From: Nemertoderma westbladi
Lineage: Eukaryota > Animalia > Xenacoelomorpha
NCBI GenBank assembly: GCA_032718475.1
Contig: JAUCBJ010004232.1
Span: forward strand, 1-33,031
Direction of reading: 5' to 3'
DNA length: 33,031 nucleotides
Shown: piece by piece, positions 22,853 to 33,031 of the stretch
How positions within the stretch are numbered: position 1 is the first letter of the stretch
Layout: each line of letters starts with the position of its first letter
Notes under the pieces: model-generated
The model's input: only the letters and a program-made list of their open reading frames with translations
What the model was told of the DNA's origin: nothing
Databases searched by the model: none
Program-made: the position numbers and the translations under genes

Positions 22853-23686
22853 GGAACGAACAAAAGATATTTATTAATTTATTTTAATATACAACAATAT
22901 ATTATAATTCATTTATTAGATTATCTAAAAGGTAAGTTAATGTATTTGCACAGTCGTCCAATGATTGACAGGTCATTGGAGTTCGAATATGGTCAACTTG
23001 AGTGATGTAATCAAGTGATAGCATACATAAATCTGCATGTAGTTTGGGTTCATGCTCAGTGAATGGTCGAATTGACTCTAAATCATCGGGATCTACACGG
23101 TGTAGATAGTTAGGCAAATCAAGAAATAGAATATCGGGCTTACCTCCAGGAGAGACGAGACCACTCTTTCTAATATGATGACTGTTCCATTTTATAGTAA
23201 TATTATCTAGAGTGCGTTGTAAGTAGTTCAGGTAAACGAAACGGATAAGCTCAATTTAGATAGGACTGGATGTGTCAATAATTCCATGCATTTCTAGTTG
23301 AGTAAAATGTTCAATCCATTGCGACATTCCTAAAATGGGGAATTTAGACCACCATGCCTCTATTCTCTGATTTCTAGTGCTTTTTCCATAAATGTAAACA
23401 GCGTTGTTGAAAGCCTGGCCATCAATGTGTTGTAACCGAAAGAAACGTTGCAACAATTCCACGTTAACGTTTTCTGTCCCACGATCACTTCGTATAACAT
23501 GAGGTACACCACCTAGAGTTTGGATACAGTCCACAAAGTAATTCGCTATAACACGTGGGTCATTGTTACTCGGGCCACATTGTAACCACATCAGTTTTCT
23601 GCTGTAACCGTCTATAGCCCCGTGAACAGTTAGACCAAATTGTTTAAGTTTATCCCAACCATCTATGTGATGAATATAGTTTGGGC

Positions 23687-24910
23687 TAGAGTTGCAACAG
23701 AGACCTGTTTTTCTTAATCCCGGTAAACCAGAGACCTACCCAGATAATTATTTTGAAAAATACCGGAGACCAGAGCCGGAGATCAGAGACTTTGCATATT
23801 TTTGTTCTTACAGTTTGATTAGTCCCATAAAGCACAAACAGGTACATATGGACTGATAACTGTTTTTATATGGCTGAATTACAGTAACTCCAACCCATGT
23901 CAACCCTTAGGCCGCGTTCACACTACCGAGTCAAAGTAAAAGTCAAAAGACAAAATGTAAAACATAATCACAAGAAATATAATTTGTTCTAGAATGCCCT
24001 TATGTATTTATTATATTAGGCCTATACATAATGTATTATTATTTATTATTGCTAGGTAGCTATATTTAATTTATTTTGACTTTGACTCGGTAGTGTGAAC
24101 GCGGCCTTACCCATTGGAAGAAAATAAGCACAGGTACAGTTTGGGGGACTTAATTAATATTAATTTGGTTATTTGTTTATTAATTCGTTCTTATTTTGTT
24201 ATTTTTAATTAATAATATGTTACATAAATTTGTTTTGCGCCATTAGGTACCGGTACTTTGTTAATTAAAGGCACTTATTTTACAATTATTGTTCAAATCA
24301 TATACATTTCATTCAATGTACTATAAAATAAACTTAGTAAATTACGAATACAGTGCACAGGTATGGTACTCTACTCGCCCCATATACAAGCCTCGTTACG
24401 CTCTTTCTCTTCATTTGGTCGTCATATTATCTATTATAACAAGTTGAATGGAGATCAGCCCTTTCTTTCACTTTTAAACATTATGAGTGCTCAAATTAAG
24501 CACCTTTATCCTTAAATAAGAACCATCTTTAGGTGCTAATTTAAATTAAAATTAAACGCACCTTAAATTAATTAAATAGAAGATTATCGGTACATTTAGT
24601 TTGAGTCAGATTTAGAGTTAGATTAAAAACAGTGTAAAAGTGAATATATAATTGTGTTGAAGCGGTGTATGAAAAACAGTTAAAAATTGAAGAGATAATT
24701 AATTGTAAACAATTTGTGAAAAATTATCTTCATTTCACATTTTGTGTTGTACAGGATCTATTTTTAAATATCTATTTGTGTCAAATCACTGATCTCTGGG
24801 TAAAATGTCTGTTTTCAATACCCGGGAACCAGAGACCTATCCGGAGACCAAAAAATAGTCCGGAGAATCCAGAGAACAGAGATCAGTGACAGGTCTCTGT
24901 TTCAACTCTA
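23687..24910. mobile_element. 1,224-bp hAT-type non-autonomous element inserted in the transposase
   Basis: TIR tagagttgcaacagagacctgt / acaggtctctgtttcaactcta. 8-bp TSD GTTTGGGC at 23679-23686 and 24911-24918. Subterminal AGAGACC/CCGGAGA repeats. Confidence 0.92.
23910..24106. mobile_element. 197-bp PIF/Harbinger (Tourist-like) MITE
   Basis: Perfect TIR ggccgcgttcacactaccgagtcaaagt / actttgactcggtagtgtgaacgcggcc. 3-bp TSD TTA at 23907-23909 and 24107-24109. Confidence 0.9.
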
Positions 24911-26569
24911 GTTTGGGCCTTTAGAAAAATAACTCCGACGAGTCACCCTGTTATCTATTCGTCGTGCAACAGACATGGGGTCCAATATTTTCAGAATATG
25001 TGCAACTACTGTTCGAGGAACATATATATTGTAATTGTAAAGCAACGTTTGTTGCATCTGTCTGTATCCCGACGTAGTTCCTTTAGTATGAAGTTCATTC
25101 CTAATAGCAAGACAGACGTCGTCGAAATTGTTAGGATTGTATCGTCTAGTTAATCCCAAATCTGCCAACAACCTTCGTACGGATCTTGTGGATGTTTCAA
25201 TGCCATCTTTAGAAAGTAAAGACTTTATTTCTTGGTGCGAAAATCCATACCAATAATAGTTAGTCAACTTTTCATTCAAGTTATATGATGCCATAATATT
25301 ATGAAATGTAGGCCTACTGAAATGTGGTAGAACACAAATGAAAATGAAAATTATTATGACACCTTTCTGCATGTTAATGTTGGATGGACTGAACAGCGGA
25401 TTTCAAAAATTAAGTAGAATAAAATTAATACATTTATCTGAGATGAAATTAAATATACTTTTCTGAAATGAAATTATTTACATTTTTATTCGAAATCAAA
25501 TTAAATACATTTATTTGAAATGAAATTAAATACATTTTTTGAAATGAAATGAAATTACATTTATTTGAAATGAAATTATATACATTTATTGAAATGAAAT
25601 TATTTTTTTTAGGTTTTTTTCTTCTGAAATGACCATAACTGCTTTTTGGCCGCAATCAGCCACGGTACAAACCAGTATATACACTTAACTACTGTATTTA
25701 TGTAGTAAATATTAATATTATGTAACTAAACAAAGGCACCACATATTGTTGAAAACATAGTTTATAAAATTACAAAATAAAATCTTAGCATTTAAAATAA
25801 TAATTTTGGGTTCGTGGGTTAAAAATTCAGATGGACAGAATGAGATAGCAGTTTCTAATAAAATCATTATGGGTACGATAGTTAATTAAAATAAATATTA
25901 CAAGATAAAAACGAGAAAATCGACGAATATAATGTAAAGTAGTAAGTATTGTTATAAAAAGATAAAGATAGTTCATGGATATTGAAGTTAAAAGGTAATT
26001 TATGAAATAAAATATGTTAAAAGGAATAAAATCATAAAATAATTAAAAATTAAAAATACAGGCTGTAATTTAAAGGTGTGTGGGGGGGGGGGGGGGGGGG
26101 TGGTGGCGCCAACTTTATCGAAGAGTTTAAATTCTCATTACAGGAGAACCACAATAGCTATGAAGGATCCAAATACATTTGAGACCGTCTTGGGCCAAAA
26201 GTTCAGAAATCATATTGAAATTTGATTTCTGTGCAGTCCAGACCATAAGCCACACGTATAAAAAAAAAATTTGAAAATCCTATTTCTGGAGAAGGCCCAA
26301 ATTAATTTCGACCAAACTTTGCCAGGGTGTCATATAGGTGTCTGTTCATTGTTTTATTATTTTTCTTGGTTCTATGTGAACTACTTAACAAGTTATGGGG
26401 AAAGATATTGAAAATTTTTTAGGCCTACTGTATCGCGATAGAAATACAGTCCATTTCTCATTCAAAGTATCATAGCATGAAAACTTTTCAATGAAACATA
26501 AATAAAAATATTCAAATAGTTCTCACAAGAATTATCTTTTTAAAGAATTTTTAAAATCCCCGATCGGGT

Positions 26570-26960
26570 AAAATGAAATCCTTGACCAGGAAAACCCCCA
26601 TAGCGAGAATTTTAATTAGCTAATGTGATTCCATATATATTTTTGACGGACAGAGTGACCGACAGACAGTCTGAATAGGGTCAAAAGTGAAAACTGACAG
26701 CGGAAATAAAATCCTTGACCAAGAAATTCGCCATAGCGAGAGTTTTAATTAGCTAATGTGATTCCTTATATTTTTGATGGACAGACAGAGCGACAGACAG
26801 ACCGACTGACAGATAGACAGTCTGGATAGGGTCAAAAGTGAAAACTGACAGCGGAAATGAAATCCTTGACCAGGAAAACCCCTATAGTGAGAATGTTAGT
26901 AGATTTTATTATTTCTAAAGTCTTCACAGACAAACTGACAGAAAGACAGACAGACTTCAG
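26570..26960. repeat. ~130-150-bp tandem repeat (about 3 units) containing a variable (GACA)n microsatellite
   Basis: aaatccttgaccaggaaaacccc recurs, with variants, at ~26576, ~26709 and ~26860. Unit length varies with the gacagaca tract. Confidence 0.8.
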
Positions 26961-27192
26961 AAATTCATGAATTAGAATTGGGGATTTGAATAATTTCCAG
27001 TTAGGTACCGAAAGGTTTAACAAGTGCCCTGTTATTCAATAATCATAAGACAACTGCCTTCTATATCAAGATACTGTATGGCTCTTTTACGTGAAATTAT
27101 CTATTTAGCACCAATGAGTCACCAATGAGTCTGAAAGTTTACAGAAATTGATTGCAAACAACAATCTTCATCATATTTATAAATCAATACTG

Positions 27193-29665
27193 CAATAGAT
27201 TGGACACAAACAAACACACAAACACACAAACACTTCTTCTACCCAATAGATTGGACACAAACACTTCTTCTACCCAATAGATTGGACACAAACACTTCTT
27301 CTACCCAATAGATTGGACACAAACACTTCTTCTACCCAATAGATTGGACACAAACACTTCTTCTACCCAATAGATTGGACACAAACACTTCTTCTACCCA
27401 ATAGATTGGACACAAACACTTCTTCTACCCAATAGATTGGACACAAACACTTCTTCTACCCAATAGATTGGACACAAACACTTCTTCTACCCAATAGATT
27501 GGAGACAAACACTTTTTCTACCCAATAGATTGGACACAAACACTTCTTCTACCCAATAGATTGGACACAAACACTTCTTCTACCCAATAGATTGGACACA
27601 AACACTTCTTCTACCCAATAGATTGGACACAAACACTTCTTCTACCCAATAGATTGGACACAAACACTTCTTCTACCCAATAGATTGGACACAAACACTT
27701 CTTCTACCCAATAGATTGGACACAAACACTTCTTCTACCCAATAGATTGGACACAAACACTTCTTCTACCCAATAGATTGGACACAAACACTTCTTCTAC
27801 CCGATAGATTGGACACAAACACTTCTTCTACCCGATAGATTGGACACAAACACTTCTTCTACCCAATAGATTGGACACAAACACTTCTTCTACCCAATAG
27901 ATTGGACACAAACACTTCTTCTACCCAATAGATTGGACACAAACACTTCTTCTACCCAATAGATTGGACACAAACACTTCTTCTACCCAATAGATTGGAC
28001 ACAAACACTTCTTCTACCCAATAGATTGGACACAAACACTTCTTCTACCCAATAGATTGGACACAAACACTTCTTCTACCCAATAGATTGGACACAAACA
28101 CTTCTTCTACCCAATAGATTGGACACAAACACTTCTTCTACCCAATAGATTGGACACAAACACTTCTTCTACCCAATAGATTGGACACAAACACTTCTTC
28201 TACCCAATAGATTGGACACAAACACTTCTTCTACCCAATAGATTGGACACAAACACTTCTTCTACCCAATAGATTGGACACAAACACTTCTTCTACCCAA
28301 TAGATTGGACACAAACACTTCTTCTACCCAATAGATTGGACACAAACACTTCTTCTACCCAATAGATTGGACACAAACACTTCTTCTACCCAATAGATTG
28401 GACACAAACACTTCTTCTACCCGATAGATTGGACACAAACACTTCTTCTACCCGATAGATTGGACACAAACACTTCTTCTACCCAATAGATTGGACACAA
28501 ACACTTCTTCTACCCAATAGATTGGACACAAACACTTCTTCTACCCAATAGATTGGACACAAACACTTCTTCTACCCAATAGATTGGACACAAACACTTC
28601 TTCTACCCAATAGATTGGACACAAACACTTCTTCTACCCGATAGATTGGACACAAACACTTCTTCTACCCGATAGATTGGACACAAACACTTCTTCTACC
28701 CAATAGATTGGACACAAACACTTCTTCTACCCAATAGATTGGACACAAACACTTCTTCTACCCAATAGATTGGACACAAACACTTCTTCTACCCAATAGA
28801 TTGGACACAAACACTTCTTCTACCCAATAGATTGGACACAAACACTTCTTCTACCCAATAGATTGGACACAAACACTTCTTCTACCCAATAGATTGGACA
28901 CAAACACTTCTTCTACCCAATAGATTGGACACAAACACTTCTTCTACCCAATAGATTGGACACAAACACTTCTTCTACCCGATAGATTGGACACAAACAC
29001 TTCTTCTACCCGATAGATTGGACACAAACACTTCTTCTACCCAATAGATTGGACACAAACACTTCTTCTACCCAATAGATTGGACACAAACACTTCTTCT
29101 ACCCAATAGATTGGACACAAACACTTCTTCTACCCAATAGATTGGACACAAACACTTCTTCTACCCAATAGATTGGACACAAACAATTCTTCTACCCAAT
29201 AGATTGGACACAAACACTTCTTCTACCCAATAGATTGGACACAAACACTTCTTCTACCCAATAGATTGGACACAAACACTTCTTCTACCCAATAGATTGG
29301 ACACAAACACTTCTTCTACCCAATAGATTGGACACAAACACTTCTTCTACCCAATAGATTGGACACAAACACTTCTTCTACCCAATAGATTGGACACAAA
29401 CACTTCTTCTACCCAATAGATTGGACACAAACACTTCTTCTACCCAATAGATTGGACACAAACACTTCTTCTACCCAATAGATTGGACACAAACACTTCT
29501 TCTACCCGATAGATTGGACACAAACACTTCTTCTACCCGATAGATTGGACACAAACACTTCTTCTACCCAATAGATTGGACACAAACACTTCTTCTACCC
29601 AATAGATTGGACACAAACACTTCTTCTACCCAATAGATTGGACACAAACACTTCTTCTACCCGAT
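27193..29665. repeat. 31-bp satellite, about 79 highly homogeneous units
   Basis: Unit caatagattggacacaaacacttcttctacc, with rare variants, mainly cccGatag. Confidence 0.98.
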
Positions 29666-31831
29666 ATGTTTTGACAACGAATCAAGATATGGAAAAGATT
29701 TTAAATACTTTCAAAAATCCTGTTCTCTTTACGATCCTCCAAATCCACCAGGAACTTATAAGCTTTACTTGTAGATGGATTGCTTATAGTTTGTTTCCTA
29801 CTTTGTGATTGTTTATTTAGGATGGGTGTACCTATCTTCCTGACCCGTTATACGTTAAACCATTAACCATTAAATTATGGTTTAGAAACGGTGACAAAAA
29901 TATACATATCAAAGACTTTGACCAATTTGCACTACCCCCCCACCCCCCCCCGCCCCGCCCTTTATTTAGTTGCACTACCACCCACCCCCCCGCCCTTTAT
30001 TTAGTTTATGTATTTCAGTCTAATATATTAGTCCAAATCAGGCACAGGCAAGGGTGCAAAAAAACAAGAGTGGTTCACGTCCAAAGAATAAGGACATACA
30101 AGTCAGTGGATGAATTAAAAAAAGTCGTCTTGCATTGTTTCCAACTTTAGTACCACTGTGGAGGAGTCACGGTTAAGGGGTTCGGCAACAGATATCCGCA
30201 TTCGCAAAGGGAAAGCATCTTCTGGCATCAACCAGTTGTGCGGGATCTGAAAATCTGGCTAATTGGGTAGATCGATAAAAAAGATGAGACTTTTCATTGA
30301 ATTCGGTACTATATCGCATTCGAGGCTGGGCGAACTGAATTCATGTTATAGAGAGCCCCACCTGTAAATATCAAAGAATTTTAAGCATAGTGGACCCGTA
30401 GCGCATAATATCTCACATTAAAGTTATGGGGCGCTCTACAAAAAGGGTGCAGCATGGCACCTCTTTGCTACCAAAACCCAGATCAACCATACAATCTGGT
30501 CGATCGCTGCTAGAGCCGGGAGAATTTACCGCTTCACGACTTTGTATTATGGCAAACTAGGCCCTACTGGTTAAAATAGACATGCGAAGTTGAAGAGTCA
30601 ATAACAATAACATACATAACAATAGTCAGTAACAGTATTAACCATCAATTACAAATAGCTTGTCACAAACCTGTACAATATCACATTATAGCCTATAGCT
30701 CTGTGCTATATGCATTAAGGAGTTAAAGCTAAAGGCAACGCCTTAGTTGTAAAAGATAGACGACGAGTTTGACTGGAAAAATAAATCGGTGGCCATAGAC
30801 TGAGTTGTAAATGGGGACAATTTCAACAAAAATATTTTTTATCAAAGAATCCTCTTTTTCTCACTAAAATTGGTAGAAAACAGAGTAAAAAGGTACTGCT
30901 TTTTCTCACTATGATTACTTTCTATCACTAAATTAGTTACAGAAAGTCTATTTCTATTACTAATTTAGAGACAGGAAGTGGGATATTTTAGCACGGTCAG
31001 CAGAGCGTAGTTGTTACTGTGTTAATATGTACTGGGTTCAAGACCAGCCACAGCTGCTTTTTCTTGTAAATTCAAATCTTTAAACTTTCTTTATAATTTG
31101 AGGTGATTGACAGATATGTGTTTCGGTTAAATACAGTATTTGGATGTTTCATCACAAATTTCAGTTAGCCTTAAATTCTGATCTTCATCCCTCCAGTAGT
31201 ACTTGATGTTGACCTCGACGGCTAAAAACATGCGAACTCGTGCTAATCTCAATACACTCACTCGGACAGAATAATTGAATTTCAGTAACATTAGTGACAA
31301 AGAGTGCTTCTTTTCGATACTATTTCTTATCGAAAAACGTTACTTTCTCGTCACAATATAAGAAAAAACACTAATTTATTTTCGTAGAAGAACTATTTAT
31401 TGATCATTATTATTTTGAAATATATTATGAAGAAATAATAAACAAGTTAACCAAATAAATAAACTGAGTAACAAAGGGAGAACTTTAACTACAAACTACA
31501 TTAATATAAACAATATTGAGCGTTGTTATGGGTTACAAGCGAATGTTAACCCTGGAAATATAATAACAAGGAATGTATTTAGGGAATACAAAGTTAACTA
31601 GAATATTCAAAATGTTACGTCACCAATTCCATTTTGCACGTCACGAAAGTATTTTATTTAATTTATAAATAAATACGTTTATTTAATTTTTTTCAGGAAT
31701 TGTAATATTTTCTAATTTCCAATAAATGAAAATAAATAATAAACCTTTCAATAATTTTTCATTTTTTTATAAGTTTAATTTAATTTTATTATGAATTATA
31801 ATATGTTCTCATTTATAAAAATTAAAATAAA

Positions 31832-31909
31832 CAAAGCATTAGTCAGTAATAACAGTAGTACTAAATGTGGCAAAGCATTAGTCAGTAATAACAGTAGTAC
31901 TAAATGTGG
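31832..31909. repeat. Perfect 39-bp tandem duplication
   Basis: caaagcattagtcagtaataacagtagtactaaatgtgg x2. Confidence 0.92.
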
Positions 31910-32280
31910 AGCGAGAGGCGAAGTAAGCGAGCTTATCAACTGCTGTGTCGGTCTGTCTGTCGGGCTATTGTTTGAAGGCTAACAACGCAATCAATTTTTG
32001 ATGAAATTATTTTATACCAAAATCGGTACCGCACAATATTAACATTTATAATAGTCTGTAATAAATAATACTAAAAATAGTAAACTTCATTGATTTTGTG
32101 TTACTGTATTTTTGTATGTTTGAATTTCCCCCGTTAATGCTAAATGTATTGTAGTTTATATTATTATTGGCAAAATAAACGAAAGAGGGTTCAAAAAAAA
32201 ATAATAGTCTGTCAAATGTCTGGAATTTGCATGGGGGGACTCAACAGTTCACAAGTGCCACGGTAGAAGACGACCAGGCA

Positions 32281-33031
32281 ACGGAGTGGAACCCGAACGG
32301 AGTGGTACCCGTACGGTGTGGTACCCGTACGGAGTGGTACCCGTACGGAGTGGTACCCGTACGGAGTGGTACCCGTCCCGTACGGAGTGGTACCCGTACG
32401 GAGTGGTACCCGTACGGAGTGGTACCCGTACGGAGTGGTACCCGTACGGAGTGGTACCCGTACGGAGTGGTACCCCTACGGAGTGGTACCCGTACGGAGT
32501 GGTACCCGTACGGAGTGGTACCCGTACGGAGTGGTACCCGTACGGAGTGGTACCCGTACGGAGTGGTACCCCGTACGGAGTGGTACCCGTACGGAGTGGT
32601 ACCCGTACGGAGTGGTACCCGTACGGAGTGGTACCCGTACGGAGTGGTACCCGTACGGAGTGGTACCCGTACGGAGTGGTACCCGTACGGAGTGGTACCC
32701 GTCCCGTACGGAGAGGTACCGGTACGGAGTGGTACCCGTACGGAGTGGTACCCGTACGGAGTGGTACCCGTACGGAGTGGTACCCGTACGGAGTGGTACC
32801 CGTACGGAGTGGTACCCGTACGGAGTGGTACCCGTACGGAGTGGTACCCGTACGGAGTGGTACCCGTACGGAGTGGTACCCGTACGGAGTGGTACCCGTA
32901 CGGAGTGGTACCCGTACGGAGTGGTACCCGTACGGAGTGGTACCTGTACGGAGTGGTACCCGTACAGAGTGGTACCCGTACAGAGTGGTACCTGTACGGA
33001 GTGGTACCCGTACGGAGTGGTACCCGTACGG
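32281..33031. repeat. 16-bp GC-rich minisatellite, about 47 units, running off the window end
   Basis: Unit acggagtggtacccgt, containing the palindromes GGTACC and CCGTACGG. Confidence 0.98.

Larger units (their letters stand above)
22902..25294 (-). pseudogene. Disrupted integrase-fold (IS3/IS481-like) DDE transposase, ~386 aa when reconstructed
   Basis: Joining 25294-24911 to 23678-22902 gives one frame: an N-terminal HTH-like region (YYWYGFSHQEIKSLL...STRSVRRLLADLGL), then GYRQM, SKGPN|YIHHIDGWDKLKQFGLTVHGAIDGYSRK, RSDRGTEN, GKSTRNQRIEAWW and WNSHHIR. One in-frame TAA lies at 23256-23258. Confidence 0.9.
14570..25667. mobile_element. IS3EU-like DDE DNA transposon (11,098 bp including nested insertions) carrying a transposase and a HECT E3 ligase
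   Basis: The left TIR taccgtggctgattgcggccaaaaagcatttatggtcatttcagaa (from 14570) matches the reverse complement of the right end ttctgaaatgaccataactgctttttggccgcaatcagccacggta (to 25667), with one mismatch. The identical 6-bp flank CAAACC occurs at 14564-14569 and 25668-25673. Mirrored TTTCATTTC/GAAATGAAA subterminal repeats are present. Confidence 0.9.

Noticed and set aside
25295-25372. Hydrophobic N-terminal extension (MQKGVIIIFIFICVL) as a signal peptide on the transposase
   Set aside because: It is T-rich sequence ending in a TTTCAG acceptor-like site and is more likely intron or UTR; the ATG at 25294 is preferred.
14570-25667. Polinton/Maverick or LTR retrotransposon interpretation (integrase plus 6-bp TSD)
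   Set aside because: No protein-primed PolB, ATPase, capsid, RT or gag was seen. The ends are short inverted repeats starting TAC rather than AG-type long TIRs or direct TG..CA LTRs, and the core is only about 5 kb.
26068-27020. TTAA-type element between ttaaaggtgtg (~26070) and ggtaccgaaaggtttaa (~27020)
   Set aside because: Each end resembles a transposon terminus, but they are not inverted copies of each other, so no single element can be delimited.
30985-31055. Degenerate B-box (GGTTCAAGACC); similarly GGTTCGAACC at ~9738
   Set aside because: No clear A-box or cloverleaf; too weak to call.
5583-33031. CRISPR-like arrays (31-39-bp repeats)
   Set aside because: Units are head to tail with no unique spacers, there are no cas genes, and the context is eukaryotic.

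Overview
AT-rich, repeat-dense eukaryotic (probably invertebrate animal) DNA. It has two convergent host genes with single-exon coding regions: a FAM227/FWWh-domain gene (3647-5218, +) and SLC33A1, the acetyl-CoA transporter (12633-14300, -). Between them lie a 3.8-kb 32-bp satellite and a decayed RTE-type LINE. The main structure is an 11.1-kb terminal-inverted-repeat (TIR) DNA transposon at 14570-25667, with TAC..GTA ends and a 6-bp target-site duplication (TSD) CAAACC, resembling IS3EU. It carries two convergent genes: a long open HECT-domain E3 ubiquitin ligase ORF (+) and an integrase-fold DDE transposase (-). The transposase appears as three fragments in the ORF track. It can be rebuilt into one ~386-aa frame by removing a nested hAT-type MITE and reading through one stop. 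At least four other TIR elements with readable TSDs are nested inside it, one of them three levels deep. It also holds a 39-bp minisatellite, a 315-bp tandem array and a tRNA-derived SINE-like sequence. The right end of the window has 31-bp and 16-bp satellites. All calls were made by eye; no database searches were run.
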